The position numbers and the translations under genes are program-made. A stretch of DNA of 46,158 bases from a virus (lineage: Duplodnaviria > Heunggongvirae > Uroviricota > Caudoviricetes), in IMG/VR virus record IMGVR_UViG_3300042896_000947, positions 1-46,158 of that record; one strand, given 5' to 3'. The notes beneath the pieces were generated by a model. The model had not been told where the DNA came from. It did no database searches and worked only from the letters and a program-made list of their open reading frames with translations. Numbering within the stretch: the first letter of the stretch is position 1; the number at the start of each line of letters is the position of its first letter. Below are positions 33,483 to 43,106 of this stretch, piece by piece.

Positions 33483-35707
33483 TAAAAGCTCCTGGAAATG
33501 GCGGCGCGAATGGCTAGTCGGCGGACAGCCTGGTCGAAGGGAGGCCCACCCAACTCGCCGGTGTCGGCATTGATCTGCAGGCCGCCGACAAACAAGGCAT
33601 TGCCTTGGTCGTCCTGGCCCGAGGCGATGACCACGCCATCGTCCGCCTCGATGATCGAATCCTGAATCGTGGCGCGGTTGAGGGCGGGCGGCAGCTTAGT
33701 CAGTGCCACCCCTGCCATGACGGCGGTCCAGGTGTGGCCGATGGCGGTGATGCGGCTGGGGTCTTTGCGGATAAAGTCGGCAGGGCTGCTGACGGTGCTG
33801 CTCAGGGCGGCAAACAAAGCGGAGACCAGCGTCTTGCTGGCCGCACTCATGCCAGGCAGCGCATTCACGGCGTCGCGCAGCTTGGTAAAGCCGAACAGGA
33901 AGGCAGGCAGCGTAGAGGCGGCAAACACCGGCTGGCCGATGGTGTTGAACAGACCCTTGGCAAAGTCAAGCATCGGCTGCTCGTTGCCCGATGTCAGTGT
34001 CCAGCTCAGGCAGCGCAGCAGCAGGGTGGCGTCAGAGCGGCTTTGCTCCCCGCGCAGCGTGGTCCAGCCGGCTGTGTAGCCGCCATCGACCAATGCGGTC
34101 CACATGTTGTTAACGATGGTTGCGCTGGACGCCTGCACCAGTGCGGACTCTAATGAGAAGGCGCGAAGCGCGACGCTTGAGGCAGCCGGCGTGATGACGC
34201 TGCGGCTCCCGCTGGCGTGCAGGGAGTAGTCGCCAAACTGCGTGGAGCAGCTCGACAAGATGACCTGGCCACCGGACAGCGCCATGAAGTGCTTGTGCGC
34301 CCACATGGACACGGCGTTCACTGCATTGATGAGCGCGCCGTTCTTGGCGCAGTAGCCGATGCCGTTGGGGGTCACGGGGGTGGCACCCCACGTCATGATG
34401 TTGGGAAATATCGAATACTGGCTGCATACCATGCCGTCGGCCAGCACCACGCCGCCGCCGCGCGGCACCAAGGGGTTGCTGTTGGCGCGATCCAGCGGAG
34501 GCGCGACCATGCCCCAGGTCGGAATTGAGCGCACGGCAATCTTGTGGGCATACGGCACGCGGGTGATGACGGCGTTGGGGCGAAAGCTGACAGCAAAGCC
34601 TTCGCTCGGGTTGTCCAGGTCGTCAATGCGCCAGCCCTCGAACATGATGCCCTCGATGAAGCAGCCGCTGCCCATGCGAAAGACGTTGCGCTCTTCAAAG
34701 CCGGCGTTGGGCCGCAGAAAGACGGTGCGGTGCGCCGCCTTGATGACGCAGCCATCCGGCATGTCCAGATGGCCATTGGTATAGACCGGGCTTTGAGGCG
34801 CCCATTCGATCAGGGTCGGCACGCCCGCCAGAGTGGCCAGCTCCAGCGCGCGCTCAATGGTGAGCAAGGCGTTTTTCCAGGAGCCGCCATTGCGCGCGTT
34901 GTTGCCGTTAGCCTTGACGTACAGCGTGTTGGCGACGGTGTACTCGATGCCGGCCACGCTGGGGTAGCGCTGGATTTCGACAGCAGAATGCACCGCGCCC
35001 GCTTGGTCGTGGCGATACAAAATCAGGTATTCGTTGTTGTCGGCAGATGGGACGCTGAAGTAGCGCGTTGCCTCCGTGGCTGCCAGGCCGACAGCCGTGG
35101 TCGGATAAACGCCGGCGCTCAACTGGGCGGCATCGCGCGCAGCCTCGGCCGCCGTCTTGGCGTTCAGCGCAACGCCGGAAGCGGCCTCGGACGCCAGGCG
35201 GCTCAGCTGGGAGGCTTCGGCGCTGGCGCCGGACAGGGCAGCTTGCTGAGTGGCAATAATGCGGCTGACCGCTGTCGCTTCGCTGTCCAGTCCTGTTTGG
35301 ATTTTGTCCGCTTCCGTACCCAGCTTGTCGGCGGCTGCGGATTTTGCAGAATCGTCTGACAAAACAGCAAAATCAAAAGCGTCGGTGGCAGAGCTGGCAG
35401 CAGCTTCGGCAGACAAGGCGGCGGCGATCTGACTGGCAGAGGCAGCGTCGGCTGACAGACCGGCCGCATGGTTGCTGCTCGCCGCTTCATCGGCGAAGGT
35501 GCCTGCCTCTTCAGCGCTGAGCGCAGCAGCGTCGCGACTGTCGTTGACTACGGCGCTCAACGCGCTGGTGATCGCACCCAGAGTGACACCGGCGCCAGTG
35601 CCTTGCATGCTGGTCTTGACCGCCCTAACAGTCTCGATGAGTTCAGTTGCAGTGCCGTCAAGGCTTTCAACTTTGGCAATAAGATCATCAAGCGTGGCTG
35701 TAGGCAT
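33482..35707 (-). CDS. Tail fibre/spike: Ala-rich coiled coil, adaptor, probable beta-helix
   Basis: AAASA repeats; YFSVPS...ILYRH...RYPS adaptor; LYVKANGNNARNGGSWKNALLTIERA beta-helix cap. Confidence 0.72.
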   Translation of the reverse strand: MPTATLDDLIAKVESLDGTATELIETVRAVKTSMQGTGAGVTLGAITSALSAVVNDSRDAAALSAEEAGTFADEAASSNHAAGLSADAASASQIAAALSAEAAASSATDAFDFAVLSDDSAKSAAADKLGTEADKIQTGLDSEATAVSRIIATQQAALSGASAEASQLSRLASEAASGVALNAKTAAEAARDAAQLSAGVYPTTAVGLAATEATRYFSVPSADNNEYLILYRHDQAGAVHSAVEIQRYPSVAGIEYTVANTLYVKANGNNARNGGSWKNALLTIERALELATLAGVPTLIEWAPQSPVYTNGHLDMPDGCVIKAAHRTVFLRPNAGFEERNVFRMGSGCFIEGIMFEGWRIDDLDNPSEGFAVSFRPNAVITRVPYAHKIAVRSIPTWGMVAPPLDRANSNPLVPRGGGVVLADGMVCSQYSIFPNIMTWGATPVTPNGIGYCAKNGALINAVNAVSMWAHKHFMALSGGQVILSSCSTQFGDYSLHASGSRSVITPAASSVALRAFSLESALVQASSATIVNNMWTALVDGGYTAGWTTLRGEQSRSDATLLLRCLSWTLTSGNEQPMLDFAKGLFNTIGQPVFAASTLPAFLFGFTKLRDAVNALPGMSAASKTLVSALFAALSSTVSSPADFIRKDPSRITAIGHTWTAVMAGVALTKLPPALNRATIQDSIIEADDGVVIASGQDDQGNALFVGGLQINADTGELGGPPFDQAVRRLAIRAAISRSF

Positions 35708-35720
35708 AGTAATTCCGGTA

Positions 35721-35734
35721 AGTCATGAGTGACT
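35721..35734. promoter_or_regulatory. Operator AGTCA-TGAG-TGACT, 5 nt downstream of minus-strand TATACT (35740-35745; possible -35 TTGTTT at 35763-35768)
   Basis: Sequence read directly; internal promoter for the accessory tail cassette. Confidence 0.75.
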
Positions 35735-35760
35735 TATTCAGTATAGCGGCTTTCAAGAGC

Positions 35761-36453
35761 CTAAACAAGGGGGTCGGTGGCTGCCCAGACGACAGAGGCG
35801 ACTTCTTCGGGCGTTGTTGCCGCCTCACCCTGCCCGCGCAGCACGCTCGCATAAGCGAAAGCTGCCGCCACGGCCTGCACCTTGGCCAGCTCGATGCCCA
35901 CAAAGTCCTGCGCACTCAGCGTGACCTGCGTGTTGTCGGCCAGAGTGAACTCGGCAGAGAATGCCTGGCCTGCCGCCAGCGCGCTCTTGCTGACCGAGAT
36001 GTAGGCGGCCAGGCGGCGCTGGGCGTTGAGGTCGCCGTCGAATACCATCGCGTTGTAGGTAAATGGTCCGAGTTCGGCGGCGTTGCGCGCCTGCTTGACT
36101 TCAAGCCATTTGGCGTCCTTGAGGTCTTGCAGGGTGCGCGGATCGACCCAGGTCCGGGCGTTCATGTCAAACAGGTGGTGCGGGCTGGGCCGAAAAGGCG
36201 GTAGCCCGGTCCATTCGGGGTGCGCCTCTACCGTTTCCTTGGCGTTCGCAGCGTGCTCGGCCGACCACTCCCCGTAACGTACATCAAGCACCGTTGTCAA
36301 GGCTGGTGCCGCGGTGCCTGATGTTTCTTCGGACAACCAGGAGCCAACCGTAATGGAGAAAATGAGGGTTGTTGAATCCAGCGCCATTCCCGTGATGGCG
36401 TGGTAATTCAGTGCCATATCGTTGTGGCGTAGGATGTTATTTCTGATGATCAT
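35761..36453 (-). CDS. DUF4376-like tail fibre assembly/chaperone protein
   Basis: WVDPRTLQDLKDAKWLEVKQARN...FDGDLNAQ...TLADNTQVTLSAQD pattern; follows J. Confidence 0.72.
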   Translation of the reverse strand: MIIRNNILRHNDMALNYHAITGMALDSTTLIFSITVGSWLSEETSGTAAPALTTVLDVRYGEWSAEHAANAKETVEAHPEWTGLPPFRPSPHHLFDMNARTWVDPRTLQDLKDAKWLEVKQARNAAELGPFTYNAMVFDGDLNAQRRLAAYISVSKSALAAGQAFSAEFTLADNTQVTLSAQDFVGIELAKVQAVAAAFAYASVLRGQGEAATTPEEVASVVWAATDPLV

Positions 36454-39400
36454 GGCGTTATGTTTATTCCATAGTTGGTTAAGTCAATCTTGAGCTTGTC
36501 CATCTCGCCGCGAAGCACCACGCCTTTCTCGTTAAAGAATTCGATGACGGCATAGCCGTTGCCGCCGGCGCCGCCTGGCGAGCTGTAGTCATAGTTTTTG
36601 AGGTGGGCATGCCCGCCGCCGCCGCCGCCACCCCGAGTTCCCGCCGAGGCGCCACCATGCCAGGAAGTGCCGCCGGCACCATACGAAGGGACTGCCGCGC
36701 CTGTGCCTCCGGCACCGCCAGCGTTTCCAAGCCCGCCAGATTCACCCGTGACACCATTGGTGGCAGCACCCCCGGCGCCGCCGTTTCCGTACCCGTCGCC
36801 ACCGGCGCCGCCGTTTGCAGCGATATAGCCGGCCAGGTAGGTCTGCCCGCCAGTGCCGCCCGTGTTGCCGGGCGTGTAAGAACCCCAGTTACCCCCGATA
36901 CCAGCACCACCTCCCCCACCTGCGCCGCCCACCCCGCAAACAATGGTGAACTGCTGTCCAGGCGAGACTGTTAAGGAGAACGAGGTGCGCCCACCGGCAC
37001 CGCCGCCGCCGCCTGCAAATCCAGAGTCGTTCTTACCGCCGCCCGCACCGCCGCCGCCAGCCCCAATCAGCAGGACGCGCATGCTTGTCATGGCACTAGG
37101 GACGGTAATCAGGTGCGTGCCCACATCACGGTATATGGTGGATCCCACCGAGCTGGCGAAGTCCACCGTCCCGGCTGCCAGCTTGCCCGAGAATGTGCCA
37201 GTCGTGCCGGTGATGTCCGCGCCGTTGAGCGCGCCTGCAAAACTGCCGCTGGCTGCAGACAGCGCGCCAGAAAAACTGCCTGTAGCGCCAATCAACTTGC
37301 CGGAAAACGTGCCATTCACCACAGACAAATTAGTACCATTGATTTTGTCGGCCGTGACCGACTCTGCCTCAAGCATGCGCGTCTTGATCGTGCCGTCCAC
37401 GTACATATTGGCATTGATGCCAATCGAGGACACGCCGTCGATCAGGCCAACCGTGAAGGGGTATTTTGTGGTGCCGTCAACATCTTGCGCAATGGCGAAC
37501 CGGTCAGTCAGGATGACAAAATCGCTGCCCGCTTCCGAGTCATTGTTGATGCGAAAGCCCGAGACCTTGCCGCCCGCCGAGAGCGTGACGCCGTACTTGG
37601 CAAACAACGCACCGGTTTCGTTGGCGCGCGCTTGCGCCTCGACCTTCACCAGCGCGGTAGTTTGCAGCAGAGCGGACTCCAGCGTGTAGGGCGTAGCGGG
37701 CAACGTGCCGCGCTCGACCTTGACCTGGCGAAAGCCGACCGACGCTGCCTTGCTCAGCGCGCTGGCAACAAAACGCGCGCGCATGTAGCTGCAGTTCACC
37801 GGCGCCACTGCTTCGACGACATGGGCCAGCCGGCTGACTCCGGTCATGTCAAAGTCGTGCGCCAGCAAGATGGGCGCTTGTCCCGAATCGAGCAGCAGCG
37901 CGTCGCTTGCGCTGTAGAACCGCAAGTCAAAATAAACCGAGCCTGAGCCGTCGGCATCGAGCGCCAGGCTGGAGTCACCCGTGATGATGACCTTGGCGCC
38001 CGCTTGAATGGTCATCTTCGGACTGCTCCAGACATGGGTGCCGTCTGCCGGGTTGAGCACCTTGGCATGAACGCCCCATTCGGCCGTATCTACCACCAAT
38101 TCCGTCGCTCCGGTCCACTCGCTCACGTCCTGGCACAAGTTGGGCCGGCTTGTCACGCTGGCCGAAACCTGCGTGATCAAGCTGGCGCTGGCCTCGTCGG
38201 CGCTGGTGCGAACGCGCGCCTCTTCAACCACGGCGGCCAGCGCGCTGGCGTGGTCGGTGTTGGTCTGCGCGACCAGGGACTCCACACGCACACTGAGCGC
38301 CTCGTCGCCGTCGGCGCGCTCGACGATTTCAATGGAATTGCTCACTGCCGCCACCGAAGCGCTGAACGCGTCCTTTACCCGCAGCAGTGTCAGGTCGGTT
38401 TTGATGTCCTCGACAATCACGTCCAGGCCCATCGTCAGCGCGTCAATCGCCTCGTCAATGCTGGGCAGCACGGTAACCAGGATATAGCCGGGCACGCCGG
38501 CATTGCCGCCTGCATCTATCGCGAACACCCAGTACATGTAGTTGCCCGGCGTCTCCTCGTTGCGAACGCTGCCAAGCGAGCTGACCAGATCGAACTGCAC
38601 CGACGTAGCCAGCGTGGCGCCCACCCGGAGGCTGTAGCCGGCAATCGGCTGCGAAGCGGTGCAGTCCTGCCAGCTGAGCGTAACCTCATTGCGCCACACT
38701 TCGGCTGTCACCAGCGGCTGCGTTGGCGGATTCACCTGGATTTGCGCCATGGTCGCCGCCGACCAGGAGCCAGTGGTATTCGCATTGGCAGCCCAGACCT
38801 TGACCAGCCCGCTCTTGAGCCAGCCGATGTTGGCAGAGGTGGCCTTGCCGGTGAACACGATGACGCCCGTGTCCCAGCTTTCGCCCAGGCGAATTTGCGT
38901 CACCGCCCAGTCAGATACGCCGTTGTTGGCAGGCTGCGCCCAGGAGACAATTGCGCCCAGGCTGGAGATGTTGATTGCCAGCTCTTTTACCACCGGCGCG
39001 GCCTTGCTGGCGCCGGAGACTGTGTAGGTGAGCGTGGGTGCGGTGCCTTCCGAAGCAGTCGCGCCCACCACATCGCTGGCGATCGCCTTGAAGACCACGG
39101 TATCGCCCGCTTCGCAGTACAGACTGGCGCTGCTCTTGGCTTCGGTGGCAATGACTTCAAAGGCACGGCCGTTGACGGACGCTTTGACGGTGCAGCTGCT
39201 GTAGGAGGACTGGTTGGAGTAAAAACCCACAGTGACATTGGTCACGTTGCCGCGACCAGAAGTCACCACTGACTCCGTTACGCCGTCAAAAATGACGTGC
39301 GCCACGCCCGAAGCCAGGCTGGAGTAGTTGCCGGTGGGCAGCGCCATGCCGCTGAAGTCGTAGCAAGAGGCGTTGTACTCGACGCAGGACAGGTCGCGCT

Positions 39401-42074
39401 TGTACTCATGGGTGCCGTTGATGGCCTTGACCCGAAACGGTTTTCTGACCTTGCTGACTTCGCCGAACATCCAGTTGACAAACGCGTCGGGCGCGGCTGA
39501 AAACGGCGTCATGGCCGTCAGCACCTGGCGGTTTCCAGGCTGGGCGACAACGTCGCGCTCCTCGATCACATCGGTGTCCCACAGCTCATAAGGCATGCCG
39601 GCCGAGAACTCGCCCACGCCACCTGGCTCAATGACAATGCCGCCGGCAAAACTCGACAGCACGGCGCGGTCGATGCCGTTTGCCTTGATGCGCTTGACGA
39701 GCGCGCCGGCGCCCCCGTTGGACAGCGTCAGCGTATTGCCGATGACTGCGTTAATCGTGCCGGTGCCGCGCCTGACGGCGTCGAACTTGAGCAGCAGCTT
39801 GTACTGCTTGGCCGCTTCAAGCGGCACTTCCCGGTCCAGCTGGATCACGCTTGCGGTGCTCGCGGGCGCGGTGCGGCCGGCAAATCCCCACTGCGGCATG
39901 TCGTGCTGCACATAGATGAGGTCGCCTACCGTGCAGGCAATCGCTTCGGTGGGGGCGCTGAACTCGACGGTCTGCAAAATGTAGCGGTTCAAGTTGAGCT
40001 GGAAAAACCCCTCCTTGTACGCTTTTTCCCGATCGACCACGCCGGCCAGCGTGATGGCCGAGGGACGCTGCGTGTCGCCCCGGCTGATGGCGTTCACGTC
40101 CACCACGCGGATCGAGCGCTGCTTGTAGTCGTCGGCCTTGTCGAAAAAGGTTACGTCGATTTCATTGGAGCGGTCGGCCATGCCCAGCCAGGTCTCCTTG
40201 AAGGTGCCCTCGATGATGTTGCCCACCCCGAACATCATGGTTGGCGCGGCCGGGCGCTCGATGACGACCGTGTAGCGCGTGCCGACGTTGACGATCTGCG
40301 CATGCCCGCAGCGCATGACCGGCTGCAGCGCATCCCACACGTTCATGGCGCTTTCGATGACGCCGTTAAAGGTGAGGTTGGCCTGCTCGCAGTAGCGCGC
40401 CCACTCCAGAAACATTTCAATGTCAAAGCGCGAAACCGGCATCGAGGCGCCGTAGCGCGTGTGCGTGAGCGCGTCCAGCACGATCCAGGCCGGGTTGCTC
40501 GACGACCCCTCGACCCAGGCGTTTGCCGCGAAGTCAAAGCTGCGAATGCGCCGACCACCGTTGAGAAACGTCACGGTTGGCATGCCCGAGAGCTGCTCGT
40601 CGAGCTGAATCTTCAGCGCCACCAGGGCGGTGTTGGCATAGGCCACATCATCCAGAATGATTTCGTTCACGTCCGTGATCGACACATCGTCCTGAATGTG
40701 GGTTTCCTTGGTGTCGGGCGTGGTGCGGCGCAGGCGGCACTCGTACACACCCTGCGCCAAGGTGCCGGTGTGGTAGCTGCGGCGCACGGGCGAGGTCGAG
40801 TTTTCGCTGACGGTGATGCCGGGCTCGTAGGTCGGCACCTTGTCAAAAGTGCCCACTTCGGTGCGGGCGGCGTATTCCGTGACGGTGCTGCTTTCGTCAC
40901 CCTGTCCGCTGACGGCATAGGTGTAGTCGTAGTACACCACGTTGCGCCCGCCGGAGTCGTCAAAGCTGTAGTTGGCCGGCAGGGTGTTGCTTGTGACCTG
41001 CGAGGATGTCGAGGCGGTCCAGCCGATAACGCGGCCCAGCGAGTAAATAGGCGCGCCCGGCGTGGTCTGGACGTAATGAAAAACGCGGGAAAAGCCTGTT
41101 TCGCGGGTGCCCACGGGACTCCAGGCGGAGCTGCCCTTGAGGCGCACTTCGATTTCAACAGCTACCGAAACGGCGCTGCGCTTGCCGTCGCTCAGGCTGG
41201 TCAGGCCCATGCCGGCCGGGAATACCAGATCAAAGCGCAGGCGGTCAACTGGCCCGCTGGTCTCATAGAGCACGTATTCGCCGGGCACCAGCTGCTTGTT
41301 GAGCGATACGGGGGTGGTGGTGTCGCCAAACCAGGAGATGATGGGCTGGTTGGCCTCGCCCAGGCGTACCTGCGTTTCGACTTTCTTGTAGTTTGCAATC
41401 GGCTGGTCATTGATGCGCAGGTCGCCCAGGCTGGCCACGGGGCCTTCGCCGGCGTTGAGCAGCAGGTACAGCGACTGCGTCGTGCCTTCGTTTTCCACGA
41501 AGGCGTTAAGCACGTTGCCGCCCTGTCGGAACGTGCCGTAGCACACCGGCACGGGAATCCCTTCTGCCGAGGTGTTTTTGGCGCCGTCGATGCCGTAGGA
41601 TGAACCATCCGCAATGTCCGAGGAGGCGCCAGAGCTGGCCTTGGGCGGCGCCAGCAGGGCGTTGACCAGCATCCCGCCGGCCAGCGTCACACCGGCCGTC
41701 AGCGCGCCCAGCATCATGCCCGCGTTGGCCATGACCAGCGTGCCGCCCATGGCGCCATACATGGCACCTGCCGCGTAAGGGGCGTACACGGCAATGGCGA
41801 TCATCGCCACCACGCGCAAGATGTTCTTACCGCCCCCGCCGCCGGTCGGGATGGGGCAGATCACCAGATTGTCGGTGCGGTCCAGGTAGGTGCTGGCCAT
41901 GTCTTCTGGCTCGACCGGCTGGCCGTTGATCGACACCACATGCTCGACCATGCCGGCGGGGAAGTAGTCGGCCAGTGTCTGACCGCTTTTCCACACCAGG
42001 GTCTCGCGCACCGCGTCGCGCGGATCAAAGGGGTTGACGATGCGGATGACGGGAATCAGGACTTCGGTGTTCAT
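36450..42074 (-). CDS. Tip attachment / host-specificity protein J (central tail fibre) with Gly-rich C-terminal domain
   Basis: IPVCYG, YANTALVALKI, SSNPAWIVLDALT, FN3-like repeats, DUF1983-like AKYGVTL...SGF...SDFVILTDRFAI, GGGGAGG-rich end; start moved to 42074. Confidence 0.9.
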   Translation of the reverse strand: MNTEVLIPVIRIVNPFDPRDAVRETLVWKSGQTLADYFPAGMVEHVVSINGQPVEPEDMASTYLDRTDNLVICPIPTGGGGGKNILRVVAMIAIAVYAPYAAGAMYGAMGGTLVMANAGMMLGALTAGVTLAGGMLVNALLAPPKASSGASSDIADGSSYGIDGAKNTSAEGIPVPVCYGTFRQGGNVLNAFVENEGTTQSLYLLLNAGEGPVASLGDLRINDQPIANYKKVETQVRLGEANQPIISWFGDTTTPVSLNKQLVPGEYVLYETSGPVDRLRFDLVFPAGMGLTSLSDGKRSAVSVAVEIEVRLKGSSAWSPVGTRETGFSRVFHYVQTTPGAPIYSLGRVIGWTASTSSQVTSNTLPANYSFDDSGGRNVVYYDYTYAVSGQGDESSTVTEYAARTEVGTFDKVPTYEPGITVSENSTSPVRRSYHTGTLAQGVYECRLRRTTPDTKETHIQDDVSITDVNEIILDDVAYANTALVALKIQLDEQLSGMPTVTFLNGGRRIRSFDFAANAWVEGSSSNPAWIVLDALTHTRYGASMPVSRFDIEMFLEWARYCEQANLTFNGVIESAMNVWDALQPVMRCGHAQIVNVGTRYTVVIERPAAPTMMFGVGNIIEGTFKETWLGMADRSNEIDVTFFDKADDYKQRSIRVVDVNAISRGDTQRPSAITLAGVVDREKAYKEGFFQLNLNRYILQTVEFSAPTEAIACTVGDLIYVQHDMPQWGFAGRTAPASTASVIQLDREVPLEAAKQYKLLLKFDAVRRGTGTINAVIGNTLTLSNGGAGALVKRIKANGIDRAVLSSFAGGIVIEPGGVGEFSAGMPYELWDTDVIEERDVVAQPGNRQVLTAMTPFSAAPDAFVNWMFGEVSKVRKPFRVKAINGTHEYKRDLSCVEYNASCYDFSGMALPTGNYSSLASGVAHVIFDGVTESVVTSGRGNVTNVTVGFYSNQSSYSSCTVKASVNGRAFEVIATEAKSSASLYCEAGDTVVFKAIASDVVGATASEGTAPTLTYTVSGASKAAPVVKELAINISSLGAIVSWAQPANNGVSDWAVTQIRLGESWDTGVIVFTGKATSANIGWLKSGLVKVWAANANTTGSWSAATMAQIQVNPPTQPLVTAEVWRNEVTLSWQDCTASQPIAGYSLRVGATLATSVQFDLVSSLGSVRNEETPGNYMYWVFAIDAGGNAGVPGYILVTVLPSIDEAIDALTMGLDVIVEDIKTDLTLLRVKDAFSASVAAVSNSIEIVERADGDEALSVRVESLVAQTNTDHASALAAVVEEARVRTSADEASASLITQVSASVTSRPNLCQDVSEWTGATELVVDTAEWGVHAKVLNPADGTHVWSSPKMTIQAGAKVIITGDSSLALDADGSGSVYFDLRFYSASDALLLDSGQAPILLAHDFDMTGVSRLAHVVEAVAPVNCSYMRARFVASALSKAASVGFRQVKVERGTLPATPYTLESALLQTTALVKVEAQARANETGALFAKYGVTLSAGGKVSGFRINNDSEAGSDFVILTDRFAIAQDVDGTTKYPFTVGLIDGVSSIGINANMYVDGTIKTRMLEAESVTADKINGTNLSVVNGTFSGKLIGATGSFSGALSAASGSFAGALNGADITGTTGTFSGKLAAGTVDFASSVGSTIYRDVGTHLITVPSAMTSMRVLLIGAGGGGAGGGKNDSGFAGGGGGAGGRTSFSLTVSPGQQFTIVCGVGGAGGGGGAGIGGNWGSYTPGNTGGTGGQTYLAGYIAANGGAGGDGYGNGGAGGAATNGVTGESGGLGNAGGAGGTGAAVPSYGAGGTSWHGGASAGTRGGGGGGGHAHLKNYDYSSPGGAGGNGYAVIEFFNEKGVVLRGEMDKLKIDLTNYGINITP
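39261..39274. promoter_or_regulatory. Intragenic perfect operator-like box AGTCA-CCAC-TGACT, with a second GTCA-N4-TGAC at 39284-39297
   Basis: Sequence read directly, inside J. Confidence 0.45.
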
Positions 42075-42454
42075 GTAGGCTCGCCAACGTATTGATAGAA
42101 ACCGGCGATGCGCCGCCGCCATGGGTCCAGGCGCTCGATGACGACGCCGCCCGACTGCTCCCAGGTGTGAACCATCTGGGTGCTGTCGAGCAGGTAGCCG
42201 CAGTGAGAGATGTGGCGTCCAATGCGAAACAGGGCGACCGCGCCGGCCATGGGCGGCACTTCGCGCCAGGCTTGCACGCCGGCGGCGAACTTGGCCATGA
42301 TCACAGTCTGGTCGGCGCTGCTTTTGAAGTCGGGAATTGCAATGCCGTGGTGCTCGCGCAGCAGGTGCATGACCAGCCCGTAGCAGTCAAAGCTGTCCGG
42401 GCCGCGCCCGCCGGTGACGAAGGGTGCGCCAATCAGGCGGCTTACATCAACCAT
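42071..42454 (-). CDS. NlpC/P60 tail assembly protein (lambda K-like)
   Basis: GGRGPDSFDCYGLV...HCGY...MVH; start moved to 42454. Confidence 0.88.
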   Translation of the reverse strand: MVDVSRLIGAPFVTGGRGPDSFDCYGLVMHLLREHHGIAIPDFKSSADQTVIMAKFAAGVQAWREVPPMAGAVALFRIGRHISHCGYLLDSTQMVHTWEQSGGVVIERLDPWRRRIAGFYQYVGEPT

Positions 42455-43082
42455 AGCGCGCGCCGTTGCTGTTGATGCCGGGGAATGCGCCAAAGCGAAC
42501 GGTGTTGCCGTGTGCAGCGCAGCCGTTGGCGCCCTGCAGGCTCAGGTCGCAGCTTGACAAGCCGCCGGTGTAGCCGCAGGTGACTGCGTCCTTGTAGCGC
42601 CACTGGCAAAAGTCGCGCGTTTGCTTGCGGCGCGGAAAGGTCTTGGCCAGCGCGTTCTCCACGCCCAGCGTGAAAGAGGCCGAGTAGTCTGCCGAGGACG
42701 CGCCAATGACCTCGAAGTCCTCGATGATTTCGGGCGGCTGGTCGAGCGCGCCAGCGTTGACCACCAAAATGGAGACGCGAAAGCCCACCCCGCCGCCGTA
42801 GGCTTGCATGCGCCCCTGCAGCGCGCGCGTGTAGTCCACGATGCTTAGATTGACCGAACCTTGCGTTCCTGCTTCTTGCTTTAGCTCTAGGTCAAACAAA
42901 ATGGCCTTGTAGACAAAGCCGTTGTAAATGATGTCCTCGTCGTTACGCACTAGATGCAGCACCTCGACAGTTGCGAATGTGGCGGGGTCGATAACAGTGA
43001 TGTCAAGACATGGCAGAAACGGCACATCCGAAGATAGCCGGTTCTTCTCAATGACGGATGCGACGGAAAGTTGTTTTGGCAT
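42447..43082 (-). CDS. Minor tail protein L-like
   Basis: C-terminal CQWRYK...CGY...CDLSLQGANGC...FGAFPGI Cys motif. Confidence 0.8.
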   Translation of the reverse strand: MPKQLSVASVIEKNRLSSDVPFLPCLDITVIDPATFATVEVLHLVRNDEDIIYNGFVYKAILFDLELKQEAGTQGSVNLSIVDYTRALQGRMQAYGGGVGFRVSILVVNAGALDQPPEIIEDFEVIGASSADYSASFTLGVENALAKTFPRRKQTRDFCQWRYKDAVTCGYTGGLSSCDLSLQGANGCAAHGNTVRFGAFPGINSNGARYG

Positions 43083-43087
43083 AGATC

Positions 43088-43101
43088 AGTCAGTTGTGAC
43101 T
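43088..43101. promoter_or_regulatory. Operator AGTCA-GTTG-TGACT between the tail M-like and L-like genes
   Basis: Sequence read directly; CATAAT on the minus strand at 43106-43111. Confidence 0.72.
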
Positions 43102-43106
43102 AATGA

